Source: Clostridia bacterium
GTDB lineage: Bacteria > Bacillota > Clostridia > RGIG6154
Length of the DNA: 28,586 nucleotides
Direction: 5' to 3'
NCBI GenBank assembly: GCA_017523005.1
Contig: JAFWXG010000178.1
Location: forward strand, 1-28,586
Program-made: the position numbers and the translations under genes
The notes under the pieces: generated by a model
Seen by the model: only the letters and a program-made list of their open reading frames with translations
Database searches by the model: none
What the model was told of the DNA's origin: nothing
Part shown: in pieces, positions 26,001 to 28,586 of the stretch
How the letters are laid out: every line of letters starts with the position of its first letter
Position numbering within the stretch: the first letter of the stretch is position 1

Positions 26001-28089
26001 CCTTTTCTCCGGACATACCATCGCTGGGGTCTTTATCATACTGCTTATCTGCCTGGAGCGCAATCTTTGAGAACGCACTGATATCCATGGACAGATAATG
26101 CCAACCTGACTCATCAATATTGTAGTATACATTTTCAGATTCCATCATGCTGACAACATTGTCGGTATCGAATATACCATCTCCATTAGAGTCGGTCTTG
26201 TAGTGACCCTGTACCCAGCACTGAATGTTATCTTCAGGAACATAGAGCCAGAAGCCAACAGAGCGAGCATTTTCAAGAACGAGTGCTTCTCCGTCGACAC
26301 CAAGTCTAATCCAAGCATACTGCTCGGAATGAGAATCTTTAGAAGAAAGGCCGTTGGTTTCAAGACGCATGGAATAATTACCATCGTGAACCTTGCCGTT
26401 TGTACGATCTGCAAGCGAGAGATTTAAGTAGTAATCCCAATGTGCCGCATTCTTTCTGTTGTTAATAACATTCCAAACATCAATGTCAGCCTGACCACCC
26501 TCAAAATCCCAAAGAACTTCGGAAGCCTTGCCGAGATTGAGCTGAACAGTTGCGGTAGGGTTTGTTCCCATATTTAAGGTAGCAGTTACTACACTTGTAA
26601 TATCCGCAGGGGCTTTTTGTTCGCTGACTGCAGTAAAATTCAAGCCATCAAAGCTTCCAAGTGCTGTATTAGTTGTGGTAAAGGTAATGTCATTGTCTCC
26701 AAGACCTATTTCATAGCTAACACCATCAATTGTTGCAGTAGCCTTTACGGGAATCTTTGCGGTTTTGCTATATGGAATGGTAACTATCGGTTGTTCAAAA
26801 GAAAGCTGATCGGGAGTAACAATAGTAATAGTTTTCTCACCGACAACATTTCCATTATAAAAAATCTGTGCGGTAACTTTACCCTCGGTTCCATTGGATC
26901 TGAATACACCATTTTCGATCACACCCATGCCATGTTCTTTGATTTGCCACTGTATATCAGAAGGAATATCAACTTTAGTACCAACCGCATCGGTACCAAG
27001 AGTGCTGAATGTAACAGAACTTCCTGGAGTGTAGTAATCATAATCGGTCGATATAGTCGCGCGAGCGAACACACCATCAGAAGGAGCGGTGGAAACAATC
27101 AGGAAAGTGTTGGATGTAGGTCTTTCGCCACCATCTGAGAGAGAACAGTTAACCTTCAACTCCTCGCCCGGGCGCTGAGAACAGAAAGTGGTAGATCCAC
27201 CCCCGTCACAGTTTGCAGCAATTACACATCCCATCTTAATCATGTAATCTGCCATTTCAAAATTGGTAAATCCAGTGGAGTAAGGGGCCTGTTCGCCGTC
27301 TGAAACAGCCAATACCAAAGAGCCGTCTGCTCTTACACCAACAAAAGTTCTGGAAGCGATGCCGGTGCCATGATCTTCCTTATACTGATTTACAGGCACG
27401 CCATTGGCGTCGGGTTTGACAAGATATCCAAATAATACAGGAATTGCTTGTTCTTCCCAACCTGTAAGGGGCTCGTTAATTCCACGAATCCATACCTTAG
27501 GCATATCTGCAGGTCTGGGTTCACCGGTAATAGGGTGATTATCATAATTAACGACAACGACAGTCTGTACACCACCTGAAGAAAGTGTACCATTTTCGCG
27601 TCGGCTATTAGCATAATACTTACCATCAAGGATAGAGTATCCAAGAGGTTCGCCAATTAAATGTGGATTTTCTTTGTAATAAGGTTCGGTATACCAACTC
27701 AAAGATGCATTAGTAGCCACAACTACATTACCATATCCAAGCTTTTCCGCATTAAGTGCCTGAGTGGAAGTGGATTCGGTACCATAGTTTCCTTCTTCTG
27801 GCCACATTCCCTTTGTGCCCGGCATAACCTTAACAAACGAATTGTTCACATCAATGATTGCGGTATGAACAACCTGTCTGCGGGTACCATCATCGTTATT
27901 CATAACAAGCTCGGTCTCTTTAACACCAGGAGCGATAGTCCATTCTTTTTCGGAAATGATATTATAGTAGTCACTTCCACCGTTGCTGTCGCTGTATCCG
28001 GTATTTGCAGCAAAAGCATTCATTGGTAGAATTCCAATAACCAGCATTGTAGCAATCAATATTGACAAAATACGCAGTTGTTTCTTCAT
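23011..28089 (-). CDS. 1692-aa secreted multidomain protein: NAGPA-family phosphodiester glycosidase domain, beta-sandwich domains, aromatic cell-wall-binding-like hairpins, six 76-aa C-terminal repeats
   Basis: Signal peptide ending AFA; SRTFVG..DG..SDG....S.G.T..EMA..M...G...A.NCDGGGS motif; HxH...TC..G...C..C motif; GW/YY hairpins. RBS AAAGGAG. Confidence 0.85.
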   Translation of the reverse strand: MKKQLRILSILIATMLVIGILPMNAFAANTGYSDSNGGSDYYNIISEKEWTIAPGVKETELVMNNDDGTRRQVVHTAIIDVNNSFVKVMPGTKGMWPEEGNYGTESTSTQALNAEKLGYGNVVVATNASLSWYTEPYYKENPHLIGEPLGYSILDGKYYANSRRENGTLSSGGVQTVVVVNYDNHPITGEPRPADMPKVWIRGINEPLTGWEEQAIPVLFGYLVKPDANGVPVNQYKEDHGTGIASRTFVGVRADGSLVLAVSDGEQAPYSTGFTNFEMADYMIKMGCVIAANCDGGGSTTFCSQRPGEELKVNCSLSDGGERPTSNTFLIVSTAPSDGVFARATISTDYDYYTPGSSVTFSTLGTDAVGTKVDIPSDIQWQIKEHGMGVIENGVFRSNGTEGKVTAQIFYNGNVVGEKTITIVTPDQLSFEQPIVTIPYSKTAKIPVKATATIDGVSYEIGLGDNDITFTTTNTALGSFDGLNFTAVSEQKAPADITSVVTATLNMGTNPTATVQLNLGKASEVLWDFEGGQADIDVWNVINNRKNAAHWDYYLNLSLADRTNGKVHDGNYSMRLETNGLSSKDSHSEQYAWIRLGVDGEALVLENARSVGFWLYVPEDNIQCWVQGHYKTDSNGDGIFDTDNVVSMMESENVYYNIDESGWHYLSMDISAFSKIALQADKQYDKDPSDGMSGEKGEFFLAIVFHKAINNKLWQENGSINGNYTYYLDNFTVDYSEAVEDRENPVFDKIYLDGSTALVKRDVVTTSNNTLNLSAAVRDKDFKLDANKNEIPLYNASGLNAATAKVYIDGVEVKSTFANGVLSANGIVVPDGYHRVKFEICDNMGNKSVVIRVIKVESGEEKSTINVVPDDSTLDRIHFGSVYWMNLEATAIETIQSVSAVIDLNNVNHWELDHMEIAEGFDATYTIAEETNTATITITRTGTNYDTGAKTLAKLPVRILYFDTDIKTPGYTAQTYWTTYPFWAQDMKMDVDMGLITHIDGKTSTFSNEEFHVDTEMYTSMANMDKAYFSEHGTTHVHTPVALTDKASTCSENGYTDRTFCEVCNSVVDWGTTIPATSHTFKVSGNKIVCDCGRVSNATGLQTVNGKNYYAMNGILLGGWQMIDEEWYLFDEKTFVGVDGEQYSQNAVKFSFDNGRLLDGTWVKVNGKMRYWYGPSYYRKTSPTKSAGERYEIDGNLYIFDKYGYLLTDGVYHYFEPTTKETVYYNCDADGIATLLVGPYNGYFYIDGVMQQNYKLVQSSEGDFYFIDAGHRYAVDKTIYLSSRFVNGHTYSDGTPLSEDYYTFGADGKMIIKNGPSGEYFYANNIRQSNYRLVNNNGDFYFIGDGHKIAKDCTIYLGSRFVDGHTFADGTPLPEDNYTFDSEGKMIIRNGVIGDYLYINNARQTAYQLINYDGDFYFISDGHKIAKDCSVYLGSRFVSGHTYDDGTPLTVGYYIFDEEGKMVILNGPVDRYFYVNNVRQNNYKLVNYEGDYYFIDAGHRLAINREIYLNNKFVSGHTFADGAPLPAGNYSFDEEGKMVIRQGLIGDYLYINNARLNCYQLVNYEDNFYFINDGHKIAKDCRLYLINRFVSGFTYEDGTPLAEGYYTFDGEGKMVGKNGIIGDYFYRNGIRLNAYQLVEYDGNFYFINDGNKIAKNIKLWLSSKFVAGKTYADGSMVEVGYHTFDEDGKMID
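23014..24369 (-). repeat. Six tandem 76-aa (228-bp) repeats in the C-terminus of the large protein
   Basis: Consensus G.YFY.NN.RQ..Y.LV...GDFYFI.DGHKIAKD..IYL.SRFV.GHT..DGTPL..GYYTFD.EGKM.I.NG. DNA similarity is visible, e.g. 23780-23852 versus 24007-24080. Confidence 0.93.
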
Positions 28090-28106
28090 GATTTTTCTCC
28101 TTTAAA

Positions 28107-28141
28107 AATGTAAATTGTGTTATATATACAGTCAATGACTG
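28107..28141 (-). promoter_or_regulatory. Candidate internal promoter of the large gene with an overlapping palindrome
   Basis: TTGACT-N17-TACATT. The palindrome CAGTCA-A-TGACTG (28129-28141) covers the -35 box. Confidence 0.45.
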
Positions 28142-28151
28142 ATTATTTTTA

Positions 28152-28586
28152 CTATAATTTATACGCTTTAAAGCCGTGATGTGTCTTCTGCTTTTCCTTT
28201 GGTGGCTCGGGCAGATAGTCTCCATACAAGCAGGTAAGGTATTTGTCCCAACCGATTGGAGCAGGAAACATTTCGCCTTCAAATTCAACATCAACGGTGT
28301 CGGCAAATACTTCTGCCGGAATTATGCCCTTTTCTCCGTAAACACACCATGCCTTACAGCCTAAGTAGTTGTTGCCATTTTGTCCTTCTTTATTGCTTGC
28401 TTTGATGATTTTTTCGATATAATGCTTACTTCCAACCATCTTGCAAAAACTCATAAGGAGCCCTTTGACAAGCCTTTTTGCCAAACCTATCGAGTCCGGC
28501 TTCTTTAGCTTTGATAAACCAAGTGCAAACATATTCTTACGAATATACTTAACCTCTCGTTTTGCTTTTTCAAGATCATCATCCCA
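28152..28586 (-). CDS. licD: LicD-family phosphotransferase, C-terminal part (5' end outside the window)
   Basis: EFEGEMFPAPIGWDKYLTCLYGDYLPEPPKEKQKTHH is the typical LicD C-terminus. The frame is open to the window edge (WDDDLEKAKREVKYIRKNM...). Confidence 0.85.
   Translation of the reverse strand, partial: WDDDLEKAKREVKYIRKNMFALGLSKLKKPDSIGLAKRLVKGLLMSFCKMVGSKHYIEKIIKASNKEGQNGNNYLGCKAWCVYGEKGIIPAEVFADTVDVEFEGEMFPAPIGWDKYLTCLYGDYLPEPPKEKQKTHHGFKAYKL

Noticed and set aside
1586-28364. The remaining short alternative-frame and antisense ORFs in the supplied track
   Set aside because: All lie inside well-supported genes, with no RBS or family motifs.

Overview
Chromosomal segment of an AT-rich, probably spore-forming Clostridia-type Firmicute (spoVAD/spoVAE, near-consensus sigmaA promoters, GGAGG RBSs). 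Bases 1-13 kb are mostly housekeeping: tRNA-Ala(TGC) followed by a truncated, highly structured 193-bp tandem repeat; a yfcE-LOG-pyridoxal kinase operon; rubrerythrin; a Fur-family regulator with a ZnuABC-type metal transporter; a polar amino-acid ABC transporter; an SDR; a DUF1846 protein; a lipoprotein; and spoVAD-spoVAE. Bases 13-28.6 kb are the distal part of a minus-strand surface-polysaccharide locus. In transcription order it reads licD (partial), a 1692-aa secreted phosphodiester-glycosidase protein with six 76-aa C-terminal repeats, a GT4-like glycosyltransferase, a pyruvyl transferase, an F420-hydrogenase-beta-like Fe-S protein, wzx, a NadM-like nucleotidyltransferase, a divergent histidine phosphatase, and fnlABC (UDP-L-FucNAc). 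The most interesting leads are the LicD / phosphodiester-glycosidase / repeat module, the atypical nucleotidyltransferase + phosphatase pair, and the tRNA-linked hairpin repeat. All family assignments come from recognising motifs by eye; no searches were run.
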